39,432 nucleotides of DNA, taken from positions 73,491,835 to 73,531,266 of the forward strand of contig NC_068984.1 in assembly GCF_001194135.2 (NCBI RefSeq), written 5' to 3'. The notes under the pieces are model-generated. The model had not been told where the DNA came from. It searched no databases and worked only from the letters and a program-made list of their open reading frames with translations. Made by a program: the position numbers and the translations under genes. Each line of letters opens with the position of its first letter. Position 1 is the stretch's first letter. The DNA comes from Octopus bimaculoides (lineage: Eukaryota). Shown here piece after piece: positions 1 to 12,650 of this stretch.

Positions 1-37
<37 letters not shown>

Positions 38-1577
38 CATACATACATACATATATATATAAATAATACATATATACATACACACGCAGGTACACACACA
101 CGCACTCACACACACACACACACACATACACACACACACACACACATATATATATATGTGTATGTATGTATGTACCTGTGTTAAATCAATATCAATTGTC
201 TAGAAAAGTCATTTATTTGTTCAGTCAATGTCACATCTAAAATTAATCAGAATAGCATGTATTATATCGGATTACCAGGAAAAATTAGATATTAACAACT
301 TAATTATATCTTTAGAACATTACATAGACGATTCGACACTTGTTGAACGACACATTTTTGGTCTTTTTTTTAGGCATAATAATTTTATGTATGGCGTCTT
401 TTGGACAAAACATTACCTTATTCATAACCCACCTCGTTCTGTAGTTTCTCTACTCAGGAATAATCATTACTTTTAAGACACAAAATATTTAATGGATATA
501 ATGAGTTAATTTCTGCATGCACACATATGCGAAACAGCTTTCTTAAATACATGTTTGTCAACCAACTTATTTTTGAAATGCTGATCTAAAATGCTTTTAT
601 TTCAAAAAATCTATTTAACATTTTAAATATTCACTACTTCCAGAAAGACAGTCATTGTTGAGGAAGTCACACAAATGGTCGAAGAAAAATCGCGTGACCA
701 GCTCTAATGGTTTATTTACCACGGTACGTGATTAGGTCACGAAAATTGACCCGAAGAAGCACTCATAATTTCCATCATGTATGACCCAATTCTTGTTGAG
801 ACCGGATATCATCTTCGTTCCTAAGGCTATAAGACAGCTTGTTATACTGGGGTTAACTGTTGCAAAGGAAGATAGGATGAAGACGGCCGGGGGTGGGGGA
901 GGAAATTAGTTCAGTACCAGAGGCTGGTGAATGACTGTCACAGGGATGGGTGGAAGATAAGGTGTTTGCCAGTGGAAGTAGGAAGTCGAAGATTCACGAG
1001 TAGATCCTTCGGTAAAGACAATGTAGCTCCAGCAATACAGAAATAAGCAAAACAGGAGCCATAAAAAAAACGTAGATGGCTCTAGCTGAAAAGTGGTAAC
1101 GAGTAGAGCCGAGGTAGGAGAATGCTTTTTGCAGTCAAACTTAAAAGTTGAATCGACTTAAGTTGGTCGCCTGGATAAGGGTATATACTGGAGGATCCGA
1201 AACACCCATTGATTTAAGGATACAACACTGACAATGTGCCCAGATATTGCATCAGTAGATGTATGCCGATCATCTAAACTATAACAGAATTATACTAGTC
1301 TACAAGCAAGCATTAAATTCTCTTTCATTTTAATATTGCCTTAAATTCGCGTGTTTCTATGTACGTGTGTGTGTGTGTGTAGATATAGGTCAAAAGTCCT
1401 CCCCGGGCTATGGTCTCATAAAGCTGGTTTCCCGAATCCTGTAGTCTCCATTCATGGATGAGAAGCCTAGAAATGCTCATTTCTGCCAGCCGAGTTGACT
1501 TGAACAATAAGAAATAAAGTGTTTTGCTCAAGAACACAAGGCATCGTCCGGTCCAGGAATCAAAAAAATAATCACAC

Positions 1578-1637
<60 letters not shown>

Positions 1638-2270
1638 GTGTGCGTATATATTTTCACACACATGCATATCCATAAACACAAACACACAAACACATACATA
1701 TCCATACACACATACACACATATTTTTTTACCCTATCTTCCTCTACCTCCTCATCCTCTCTCTTATCTTCTCGGCTACCCCATACACAATTCTTAGACAC
1801 CATACACAAATACATACTACTTTATCATATAGCCATCCTTAAAATCCCCCTACCTCATTCTATCCACCCCTCTTTCTATTTCTTTTCTGTTCTCAACGTT
1901 TACAAATTAACAGCCACCTCTGCTACCATTCTGTTATTGAACATTGATATGTTCTGCACTCGGTCTGCTTAAGAGGTCGTTGTGCAGACCAAGTGCAGAT
2001 ATGAATAGCATATGGGAACCGGTATTAAAGAAGGATAGGAAAATATTAGAGCAGGTGGAGAATTTAAAACAATTTGGAAGAAGTCGAAATATTTTCGGTG
2101 TGTCTTCACGAATAATAAGTTGATCTAATATTCGAAAGTACTTACCAAAACTCCAGCCATTTCATTTATCCTTCATCTACTGGTTTGCGTCATTGGACAG
2201 CAGCCAGAATGGAGTACAACCTTGAAGGATTTTAGACGATCATATCTGCACCGGGACTTATCGTTTTAAG

Positions 2271-2525
2271 TATGTATGTATGTATGTATGTATGTATGTA
2301 TGTATGTATGTATGTACGTACGTATGTATGTATGTATGTATGTATGTATGCTTGNNNNNNNNNNTATGTATGTACGTACGTATGTATGTATGTATGTATG
2401 TATGTATGCTTGTACATGTGTGTATGTATGTATGTATGTATGTATGTATGTATGTCAGTGTGTGTGTACGCGCGCTTGTGTGCGTGTGTGTGCGTGTTTG
2501 TGAGTGTGTATGTGTGCGTGCGTGC

Positions 2526-2563
<38 letters not shown>

Positions 2564-2720
2564 GTGTGTGTGCGTGTGTGTGTGTGCACATTCAATCAAC
2601 CTCTTTTGCCAAGCCGCTAGATTACTGTAAGGGAACACACACACATAAACACGTACACACACACACACATACACACACACACACACACACATGCACACAC
2701 ACATACACACATACACACAA
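2271..2720. repeat. Compound microsatellite (TATG)n-(TG)n...(CA)n
   Basis: Directly visible. Similar tracts: 1-175, 1578-1636 (AGAT)n, 5940-6030 (CT)n, 25750-26160, 27470-27750, 33750-33945, 35920-36245. Confidence 0.98.
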
Positions 2721-3125
2721 TCGACTCCCTCGAAGTTTTCTCGCAACGCTTTAGTAATTTTAGGACTATAGAAGTCGCCAGCTCAAGATGCCCAAAATGC
2801 CGAACCCGAAACCACGCGGTTGCAAAAAGAGCATCTTAACAGCCACACCGGTGTCTATTCCCAATACTTTTCTTTATATATTGTTGTATTTTCCATTATA
2901 TTTTTTATGCTGCTGTGTTCTTTTTTTTTTTTTCATATTTTTCCTTTCATTTTCCTTTACGTTTTTGGTTCAAATTCTGCCGGTGACGATTTTGCCTGTG
3001 ATCCTTTTGGGGGTCAATAAAATAACTACTAGTTGAATGTTGAGATCGATGTAATTGACTAGTCCCCTTCCCAAAATGTTAGGCCTTGTGCTTATATCAG
3101 AAGGAATTTTCATGATGATAAGTAA

Positions 3126-3350
3126 GGCGGCGAGCAGGCAAAATCGTTGGCACGACGGGTGAAATGCTTAGCGGTATTTCGTCCGCTTTACTTTATGAGT
3201 TCAAATTCCGCCGAGGGTGACTTTGCCTTTTATCTTTTCGAGGTCGATAAAATAAGTACCAGTTAAACACAGGGGTCGATGTAATCGATCTACCCCCTCC
3301 CCGAACTTGTTGACCTTGTACCAAAATTTGAAACCAATACTCATGATGAT
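3126..3350 (+). mobile_element. SINE family A (ggcggcgagctggcagaatcgttagc...gagttcaaattccgccgagg...), near full length
   Basis: B-box-like GAGTTCAAATTCC. Alignable to at least 10 other copies in the window; a partial 3' half lies at 3035-3115. Confidence 0.85.
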
Positions 3351-5077
3351 TAGTGGCACCAACTGATATTTGAATGAACAGACCTATGTACAAAAAAACC
3401 CATGCCAGGATATTCAGCATTCTAGACTATTTCTGCAAGATGCTCTCCGTTCTCCCAGCCCTACAATATGCCAATGTGCCCCCCTTCTCCTTCTCCTAAT
3501 CATGTGACCCTCTCTCGCTCTATCCTACATTGTGCGCCTCCTTTAACAATTTTCTCAACGTACTTTCCCAGCCATCACGTTCTTTACACAACCTGAAAAA
3601 TGCAGTTCAAAAATTAATAATTTAAGCCTAGGAAACTTATAGTTTCATTCTCATACATATCACCGATTAGATCTGTTATATAGAAAAACTTTTTTAAGGT
3701 TTCATGCCAAATTAATTTTCAAAAATCAAACATCATCCTCCGTCTTCACCGCCTCAACCCGACATTGTCCTCTATCTTCCTTAATGTTTCTCTGATCCGA
3801 GTGGGATCTCCCCTGCTTGTTTTATTACTGAGATTTCGTTATCTTATGTGGATCATCTTTTAACGTTTTACTCTTACTTGATTCAGTCATTGGACTACAG
3901 CCATGCACCACCTTGACGAGTTCTTGTCGAACAAATCGTCTCCAGAAATGATTACATTTTTTTAAAAATACGGTATATACTCTACCCGTCAGTTTTGCCC
4001 AACCCTTAATATACGGCAACGTAAACAAACCAACACTCGTTATCATCCGTTGTTGGGTGGGTGGAGACACTCCCAGACACAAAGACACATACTCTTACAC
4101 ACGCACACACAAATACACATATACACACACACATGACGGCTTGCTTTCTACGCAGCAATTTCTGTGTATCAAATTCACTCACTTGACGAATGTACCGCGA
4201 AGTGAGACTGAACTCAGAACTTCGTTGCTGCAAAGAGAGCTTCTTAACCACACAGCTATGCCTGCGCCTATAAGATTTTTTTTATGTATAGTTGTTCTGA
4301 TTTTGTGCATTGAACCCAGATTTTTGTATCCTAGACGAAAACCTAGTCTACCTCGTCTCTACCACCAGCCCCAATTCCAGCTCTGATCAGCCAGTTTTAA
4401 TTTCAATTACACTATGCGATGTAATGTGTCCTCCTATTTTTAGGATTTAAGACTGTTACTTGAGGAAGATTTGACATCTATTTCTAAAATGTTAACAAAC
4501 TATATAGTGACTTCATCCTTGGCTCGTTAATATATATGTATGTGCGTATATCTGTGTGTGTGTGTGAGTTTAATATATGTGTAATATATGTTTGAGTCTG
4601 ATTGCTTCTGTTCTCGTTAATGGCATCATTTTTTTAAAATTCTGTTCACGACAATAATGTAAAATTCTGTCAGTATCTTCGTGTTTTACATACGATATAT
4701 ATTTTTCTCTCTCTTTTGTTAGAGTTTATGGGTTGGCTTTGTGCTTCACTTTTTTTGTTTTGGAAGTAAATCAAAAGTGTAATTGCATTTTATTAACATT
4801 CGACATTGCTATGTGTCATATTCGTGCTGCAATACAATATATAATATATATAATGTTCGTGTTCATAAGTCTTCTTTCCTACAAATTATGTATTTATAAT
4901 GTATGTATGTGAGCATGTATGTATGTGTATACATACATATATGCATGTATGTATTTATGCATATCTGTATGTATGTACTTGTATGCATTTACATATAACA
5001 TAAATGTATAAAAAATAATAAAATTATATATATGTATGAGTGTATCGTGTTGACATATACGCTACATATACACACAG

Positions 5078-5113
<36 letters not shown>

Positions 5114-5939
5114 ATGCACATATATATATTTATACATTCATATACATACATATATATATATATATATACAAGCACACACTCACACTCACACACACGCATA
5201 ATTGCAAATTTTAAACATCTGTTTTAAACAATATATTTCAGAATAAATTCCATTAATTGAAATGCTAACCAACTAGTATCTACCCGGTTGTGTCAGCCAA
5301 GAACGAGATTTTTTTTTTCTTAGTCCTGGAACAAGAGTTCTAAACCCGCCGAATTCTTCAACAACATTTTCAGCTGCTTCATGGCTGATGATCTTATGTT
5401 GACAGTTATTGAAATGCTTAAAAAGCTTAATCGGTTGAAGGTTTATCACTGAGAGAGAGAGAGTTTTTCCCCACCCAGTTCTTTCAGTTAGTTCTTTCAA
5501 TTTTCACGTCAACTTGTGTTATCTAGGAGAAGAATTTGTCCTTTTTTTGTTGACTAATCTTGAACATGTACGTGAGAATTTTTGGTGGACATTATAACTT
5601 GGTTGGTGTAATGATTTCATTTGATATTCGAGAAATAGTATGGATGATTCCAATTTCTAACCACTAGAGAGTTACTATAAACTTCTTTTGGTGCAACTTC
5701 CATTTGGAAAAGTGTTGAGGCCTCGGTGTGTGCTGGGTGGATGAACACACTGAGCTGAACGAACAAATAAAATTACTTGTCTATAATAGAGGATGGAGTC
5801 ACCAAGGAACCAACGACCCTCTATCAAACTTATAAAAAGAACGAGGAATCAATAAGGCTTTTGAGTGTAGTGTTACTAGGTCACTCAGCAAATACCACAT
5901 GCCTTGTGAGAAAGAGAGAGGACTACAGAGAGAACACGG

Positions 5940-6029
<90 letters not shown>

Positions 6030-6158
6030 TATATTTACCATTCAAATCCTTCCAGACTAAAGAAACGCTTTGATAAGAGTCTATGTTCGAAAGCGTAAGA
6101 CAGCCATTCACTGTGTTTTGTCATGGAAAAAATTGTTCACTGTTGACAAATGGGTGTA

Positions 6159-6457
6159 CAGTAATCCCTCGCCATATCGTGGTTCACCTATCGCGGTTAA
6201 TTATTTAAGGTTACGTCGATTCCTCCGTGGTGTTGTTTTGCATTTATAATAAAATAAATGTATCAACAGCTGAGACAAAGGCACATACAGGAGTGGTGAT
6301 GTGAAACACCCAGTCTGAGGAATTTAGAAAGATTACAGTCATGTCCCAGCATAACCACAGCCGCATGGCTGAAAAGAGTAAAACAGTAGAAATTATAAAA
6401 ATAATTTTAAAATATATACAGTACTGTTTCTACTTTGCGATGGTCGAAGGATTACTG
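6159..6457. mobile_element. pogo/Tigger-like MITE (299 bp)
   Basis: Terminal inverted repeats CAGTAATCCCTCG... and ...CGAAGGATTACTG, flanked by TA on both sides (6157-58, 6458-59). Confidence 0.78.
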
Positions 6458-6496
6458 TAAATACACCGAATTAGCTCGCAGCGCTACTTGACTAGA

Positions 6497-6544
6497 CTAT
6501 GAGAAGCATGCATTTCGGGGTTGTTACCTCCTCTTCAGACATAG
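6497..6544 (-). ncRNA. Type I hammerhead ribozyme motif (aged), Penelope-associated
   Basis: CUAUGu-CUGAAGA-g-GAGGU(AACA)ACCCC-GAAA-UGCAUGCU-UC-uCAUAG. The core is intact; helix I CUAUG/CAUAG, helix II 4 of 5 bp, near-palindromic helix III. Confidence 0.62.
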
Positions 6545-7088
6545 AAATCAGATAAGGTGGTGTTACAATCCAACCCGAGAGACCATAATTCTCTTATGAT
6601 ATTCCCGACATCGTACAATGACCCGTGGTGCTACACGGCGGCTCACCATACATGAGATACAGGTCATGTTTGAATCTCTTAAGAAGACCATCACTATTTT
6701 ATCATGGACAAAATAATGATGGTCGCTGCTGACAATAAATAAATAAATATATATATNNNNNNNNNNNNNNNNNNNNNNNNNNNNNNNNNNNNNNNNNNNN
6801 NNNNNNNNNNNNNNNNNNNNNNNNNNNNNNNNNNNNNNNNNNNNNNNNNNNNNNNNNNNNNNNNNNNNNNNNNNNNNNNNNNNNNNNNNNNNNNNNNNNN
6901 NNNNNNNNNNNNNNNNNNNNNNNNNNNNNNNNNNNNNNNNNNNNNNNNNNNNNNNNNNNNNNNNNNNNNNNNNNNNNNNNNNNNNNNNNNNNNNNNNNNN
7001 NNNNNNNNNNNNNNNNNNNNNNNNNNNNNNNNNNNNNNNNNNNNNNNNNNNNNNNNNNNNNNNNNNNNNNNNNNNNNNNNNNNNNNNN

Positions 7089-7162
7089 ATAGCCTCGGGC
7101 CGACCAAAGCCTTGTGAGTGGATTTGGTAGACGGAAACTGAAAGAAGCCCGTCGTATTTATG

Positions 7163-7238
<76 letters not shown>

Positions 7239-7440
7239 ACTGTGTTTGTCCCCCCTAGCATTGCTTGACAACCGATGCTGGTGTGTTTAGGTCCCCGTCA
7301 CTTAGCGGTTCGGCTAAAGAACCGATAGAATAAGTACTAGGCTTTAAAACATAAGTCGTGGGGTGAACTTATTCGACTAAAATCCTTCAGGGTAGTGATC
7401 CAGCATGGCCGCAATCAAATGACTGAAACAAGTAAAAGAA
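7089..7440 (+). mobile_element. SINE family B with internal (TA)/(TG) microsatellite (head lost in gap)
   Basis: gtggatttggtagacggaaactgaaagaagcccgtcg-[microsatellite]-gcttgacaaccgatgctggtgtgttt...gatagaataagtact...ccagcatggccgca...aatgactgaaacaagtaaaaga. Other copies or halves at 3835-4270(-), 17200-17345(-), 25190-25425(+), 27745-27900(-), 34650-34800(+), 39210-39390(+). Confidence 0.85.
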
Positions 7441-7479
7441 TAAAAGAATAAATCTTTATAAATATGTTAAAGTTGAGAG

Positions 7480-8560
7480 TCTATTAATTATGTTACCAGT
7501 TAAGGTAAGAAATTGGTAGTCAACAAGTCTTAACGAGTTTAGAATGATAGGAGGCAGTTCATTCTGGAAGTATGTTAAGCAATGAATAACTTTCGTAAAA
7601 TTATTTTCATAGCTCTCAGTTACACAAAGGTTACATAGTCTTTTGTTGCCTGCTTATGATGAAATCCTAAATAGAATTTTTCGTTTTCTATTGTATGGTT
7701 TGCTCTTATTTTTTAAATTTCATATGAAAGTAGAAAGTGAACTGTTGCTTTCAGATAAACTATGTGCGTTGATTGAAACAACTTAGAATTTTTAGTGTGG
7801 AAACGAAAGTATGTTTCGGCCAGGGTGTTAATTTTCACATTACATACGTAAATTATGTCTATAGTTGATCGTTAGAAAATTGCTAAAATTAAATTTATCT
7901 ATGGCTAAGTCGGTGCTAGTTTTGGTGAATAATAGTCAACTATTTTGAGGAACCTGGAGTATTATTATGAAGGTACACAAAATTATCAACTCTAAGAAGA
8001 TAATTTTTGTGCCATAGTTATAGTAATCCCCAATGTGAAGGGACTTAAATAGGAATAATAAACCGAGGAGGACCTTATGTTCCTCTGTGTCATAAGCTTC
8101 CATACTAATACGAAAAGAATAATAAATTACTTTTAATCGATACAGATTCATTATAATTTACTACAATTTGTTTTTAGATTGTAGTCTTTTACCTATTTCT
8201 GAATTATCAATATTGATAACTGATCTATCGAAATCTAGCATATTGAAAAGTAGTGGTTTGGGAACAGGAACGGAATAATCTTCCAGGTTAGATTGCATAT
8301 ATTTAAAGCTAGATTTATGAGCAGATAGGAATTTGAATTAATTAATAGCAGCATAGGTAATATTTAACAAAAGTAATGGTTATGCGATTTTAACATTGGA
8401 AATAATTTTGGGAATTAAATGTGTTACTAATGATACCTATGTCTCATTAATTAGAGTTAACTTATCACATAAGAGCCATAATTCAAAGTTCACTATATTG
8501 ACTTTCAATGTAAAATAAGTTCATAAATCAAGGATTCTTTCATTTACCTACATTTTTCCA
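7480..8560 (-). mobile_element. Decayed Penelope-like element (GIY-YIG endonuclease; RT end upstream only weakly recognisable)
   Basis: 7862 to 7600 reads IIYVCNVKINTLAETYF, then after one frameshift NSSLSTFI*NLKNKSKPYNRKRKIL...SS*AGNKRLCNLCVTE. This fits Penelope GIY-YIG LSxYIWxLK...Y...KxCxLCLxE, with the stops at W and Y positions. Confidence 0.68.
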
Positions 8561-9001
8561 TAGAAGATTGAATAGCTGTTTTACTTCTAATTCTCGCTTA
8601 CTCTGTTGTTATTGTTGTTGCTGCTGCTGCTGATGCTGCTGCTGATGATGTTGTTGTTGTTACATAGCCACAGGTCAGAAGCAAACCTATGACTAAATAT
8701 GTTTCAACACTTAACATGTCATCTGTTCAGAAAGTATATCTAGAATTGCATTATCAAATATATCACCTTTCCTCTCAGGTTAAAATACATATGTAGTATT
8801 TTACTTAAAGTTTTGAAATATTTCATTTGAGAAGTATACATGAGAAATCTCATCCTATTGTAAATACCTTCAAACGATACGCATAGGGATTGTATTTATG
8901 TTTTGTTAAGAGTGAAAGTATTGTATATATGCAAATACTGACAAACACCCTCTAATACTCTGTGTGTATGGTATGCGCTCGCGTGTGTCTGTGTGTGTGA
9001 A

Positions 9002-9355
9002 GGTAGTGGTTAGAGTGTCCGTCTTACAGTGAATGTGCATAGCTCAGTGGTTAGAGCGCCCGGCATAGAATCGTGAGGGTCGTGAGTTCGATTCCCGGAC
9101 CGGGCTGTGTGCTGTGTTCTTGAGCAAACCACTTTATTTAACGTTCACGTTTCTCTAGTTCACTCGGCTGTAGAAATGAATTGCGATATCACTGGTGCCA
9201 AGCTGAATCAGCCTTTGTCTTACCCTTGGACATCCTTGGTGGCACAGTGAGGGGAGACTGGTATGCAAGCAACCTTACTCTGACTTGTGCCTGACAGGGG
9301 AACTTTCTAGGTGCAATCTTATGGCTATTCGTAACCGAAGGGGGTCTTTACCCTT
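9002..9355 (+). mobile_element. tRNA-derived SINE family C with a duplicated partial head
   Basis: A-box TAGCTCAGTGGTTAG (~9040) and B-box GAGTTCGATTCCC, then gctgtgttcttgagcaaaccacttt (CORE-like). Related pieces at 1390-1560(-) and 15750-15890(-). Confidence 0.8.
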
Positions 9356-10009
9356 ATATATTATATATATATTTATATTACGGAGATGTACTTGCATAGC
9401 AAGTGACCCGATCTTAGATCGTGCGCTGGAACGAAAACAATTGCAGCGTGGAAGGTGTTTATAAGCCATTTAAGAAACACGCAAAAACCGTTAGATTCAC
9501 TTACAGCAAGAAACTTTGTCAGTGAACAGGTCGCAGTCTCAAACCGACGAAAATATTTTGGCAAATTAAATTTAAATGTTGAAGTGAATCTAACGGTATG
9601 AGAGTGACGGAAGATGGAAGATACGAGAATCTTTACTGATCAATGCAACTGTTTCGACCCATATAGCATCGATCCCCCATTGGTGGCATAGCGCACCACT
9701 GGCTCAGGTGTATAAACTCTATTTTGTCAAGATACCACTTGAAATCAGCTAAGGGGATACATCTGCATCGCGGAATACATCTAAACCAATTATGCAGAAT
9801 CTCATCTGCAAAGGATTGATGCTAGATAGGTCGAAACGATTGTAGTGACCAATAAAGATTATTGCATCTTCCACTACCCGTATTTCTCATTACTTACATA
9901 CCCAACGAATATTGAGCCAGTGAACCTGCTCTACCGGCAAACTACCTGGTGTGTACTATACGATTTATTAACTACTCTCCCTCTCTCTCTCTCTCGCTGT
10001 ATATATATG

Positions 10010-10041
<32 letters not shown>

Positions 10042-10554
10042 NNNNNNNNNNNNNNNNNNNNNNNNNNNNNNNNNNNNNNNNNNNNNNNNNNNNNNNNNNN
10101 NNNNNNNNNNNNNNNNNNNNNNNNNNNNNNNNNNNNNNNNNNNNNNNNNNNNNNNNNNNNNNNNNNNNNNNNNNNNNNNNNNNNNNNNNNNNNNNNNNNN
10201 NNNNNNNNNNNNNNNNNNNNNNNNNNNNNNNNNNNNNNNNNNNNNNNNNNNNNNNNNNNNNNNNNNNNNNNNNNNNNNNNNNNNNNNNNNNNNNNNNNNN
10301 NNNNNNNNNNNNNNNNNNNNNNNNNNNNNNNNNNNNNNNNNNNNNNNNNNNNNNNNNNNNNNNNNNNNNNNNNNNNNNNNNNNNNNNNNNNNNNNNNNNN
10401 NNNNNNNNNNNNNNNNNNNNNNNNNNNNNNNNNNNNNNNNNNNNNNNNNNNNNNNNNNNNNNNNNNNNNNNNNNNNNNNNNNNNNNNNNNNNNNNNNNNN
10501 NNNNNNNNNNNNNNNNNNNNNNNNNNNNNNNNNNNNNNNNNNNNNNNNNNNNNN
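10042..10554. other. Assembly gap; others at 2355-2364, 6757-7088, 29671-29992, 30693-30874, 33828-33895
   Basis: N runs, mostly flanked by (AT)n or (CA)n tracts. Confidence 0.99.
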
Positions 10555-12589
10555 TTTTTTTTTTTTTTTTTTGTAAACTCCTCTGTGCGAAGTTCTGTCT
10601 ATTAGTCTCAAAGACCAGACCTGTCTTTATACAATTTTTACTCTATTTTCTGATAATTCCAGTTAGACGATTATATTCCAGTTACCTCCCTTGCTGATTG
10701 TTTTCTTGTTACAAACTCCCCTACATTGAGTTTTGGCTACTAATTGCATACGTAATCTCAGTTATTTGAAGTTTTTCAACTCACTATATTACATTTGTGA
10801 GACCCTGGCGCATTTTGTACTGGAACAGATATTTATCTCCACTTCAGATCGCCTCACTTCATTCGTATTTTTGTTTTTGTTTCTTTTTTTTTTCTCTTTC
10901 TCCCGAGATTTAGTTTGTCTTACATCATTTATTGCTGTCAGTAATGTTGGTGTTGTTTACTTGTCCTCCTGGCTGTTGATGTTAATTTTCTGCTTTTGCT
11001 GTTTATGTTGTTCTTCACCTGTTAATTTTATCAGTTTCATCAGTTAGCCGTCTCACTCTCCACCCTCACTCTCTCTCTCTTTCTCTTTCGTCCTTCTCTC
11101 TCTCTCTCACGCTCACACACACACAAATATATTCTCACACACATCCAAACATGTACGCACATATACAACATATAGCACATATACATTGAAATACGCATTC
11201 CTTTGTCTGCGACAGTGTATGTGTACATGTGTGTGTGTGTGTGTATAAACAATAGTCTTAATAAATAAATAAATAAATAAATAGACGAATACCATAAATA
11301 AATGACAGATTGATAAAAAGATAATGTTTCGTAATATGTATTGTTTTTGCCTATTTTTATTATTTTTGTCATTAAAATTGTTTCTAGAAATAAAGAAATC
11401 TGAACTAGACAAAGTGGAGCTGTTAAATGGTAATTTAAACAAATATAAACAATAACAGAAACGAAGTCATTAAGCATGTTTGTAGACAACTTAACAGCCG
11501 AAGCAATAAGATTTTGAAGACAAAAATCTTTTCTCTGTAAATCTAATTCGTTTCTGTTGAATAATCACGGGCCAAGCATTTGTTGGAATAAGATTTTTTT
11601 GTTGTTTTGTTTTGTTATTGTTGTTATTTTCAATTTCTTTTTTTTTTTTTTTTCAACTTCAGGTCAGTCTTTGTTCAGTAGACCTATGATCAAAGATATT
11701 TCAGCCGAGTTCATCCAGTTTTGTATTCAGACAGTTTAACTAGGATTAGGTTATCCAAAGAGTTCTTCCTTGTTTAAAAAAGAAACAGTACAAATGGATT
11801 TGATTTGGTATTTTTAGCAAATCGTACGACTACGTTTTTTTTCCACTATTTATTTCGGAGAAGGAAGGCGGCAGGCTGGCAGGATCGTTGGCATGCCGGA
11901 CAAAATGCTTAGCGGCATTTCTTCTGTCTTTATGTTCTGCCCCAATTCTTACCAATCTTGGATACCCTATAATGTATCATGAACAATTTTTTCTTTTCTA
12001 CCTGACTAAACGATAAAAAAATGTTTGTGGCCTGAGGGGTAAGCTACTTGACAGCAAATAGCACAGATTCTGAGGTGTTGGTCATGGGACCAGCTTCAAT
12101 CCCTCTCGGCAGTAGGCGTCTGCTGGAGAAATATAACGAGTAAGCCTCAACATGGTCGTTCGATCTGTATGAAATAAGAACCAAATCTCTCTAAAGTCAC
12201 ACCCTCTCTATCTTGAAAATGCTCGTGTTGGAAAATTAGATCATGGGTTTGTAGGCGCGGTTGCCCCCCTCCCTCCCCCCGACGGTAGCTGCCTCCATTA
12301 TGAATGGTCGTGGTCTCACGTGGTGAAACCATCTAATGATGACTCCGTTCAGAAGGCTGGAATATACGTCATTCGATAAAGGAACACTATACAATGAATT
12401 CATAGAAGCAAGCTGTAACTTTTAAATGCCTTTATTCCCGGTCACAAATATATACAAGTTGAATAATCATGGAAAGTTTTTACAAGTGAAAGCCATGCTC
12501 ATCTTCTGTATATTCTACCTCATATCTACTCGATGTCTGTTAGCTGTAGCGTACGTTGTGCAAGAGCTAACGAGGTCACATCCTCACAC

Positions 12590-12650
12590 GCTGCTACTAT
12601 TACTACTGCTGTTGCTGCTGGTACTACTACTACTACTACTACTACTACAC
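12590..12650. repeat. Trinucleotide (CTA/CTG)n tract; similar (TGT/TGC)n tract at 8603-8662
   Basis: Directly visible; explains the poly-L and poly-T ORFs in the track. Confidence 0.95.

Noticed and set aside
2232-2754. Long ORFs of YVCM/HTHT repeats, and the many similar ORFs at 25698-26221, 27330-27793, 33669-34113 and 35892-36324
   Set aside because: Translations of microsatellites or N gaps; no coding signal.
3520-3592. Minus-strand terminal-exon-like segment (tttttcAG|G-LCKERDGWESTLRKLLKEAHNVG*)
   Set aside because: Only 24 codons, no recognisable homologue and no partner exons found; chance is plausible.
6560-6660. Plus-strand peptide ...SNPRD...YNDPWCYT resembling a kringle motif
   Set aside because: Lacks the CRNPD cysteine, is bounded by stops, has no splice sites, and overlaps the probable Penelope 3' region.
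9040-9105. tRNA-like sequence
   Set aside because: A and B boxes are present but the acceptor stem is not, and it continues into a SINE body; called a SINE head rather than a tRNA gene.
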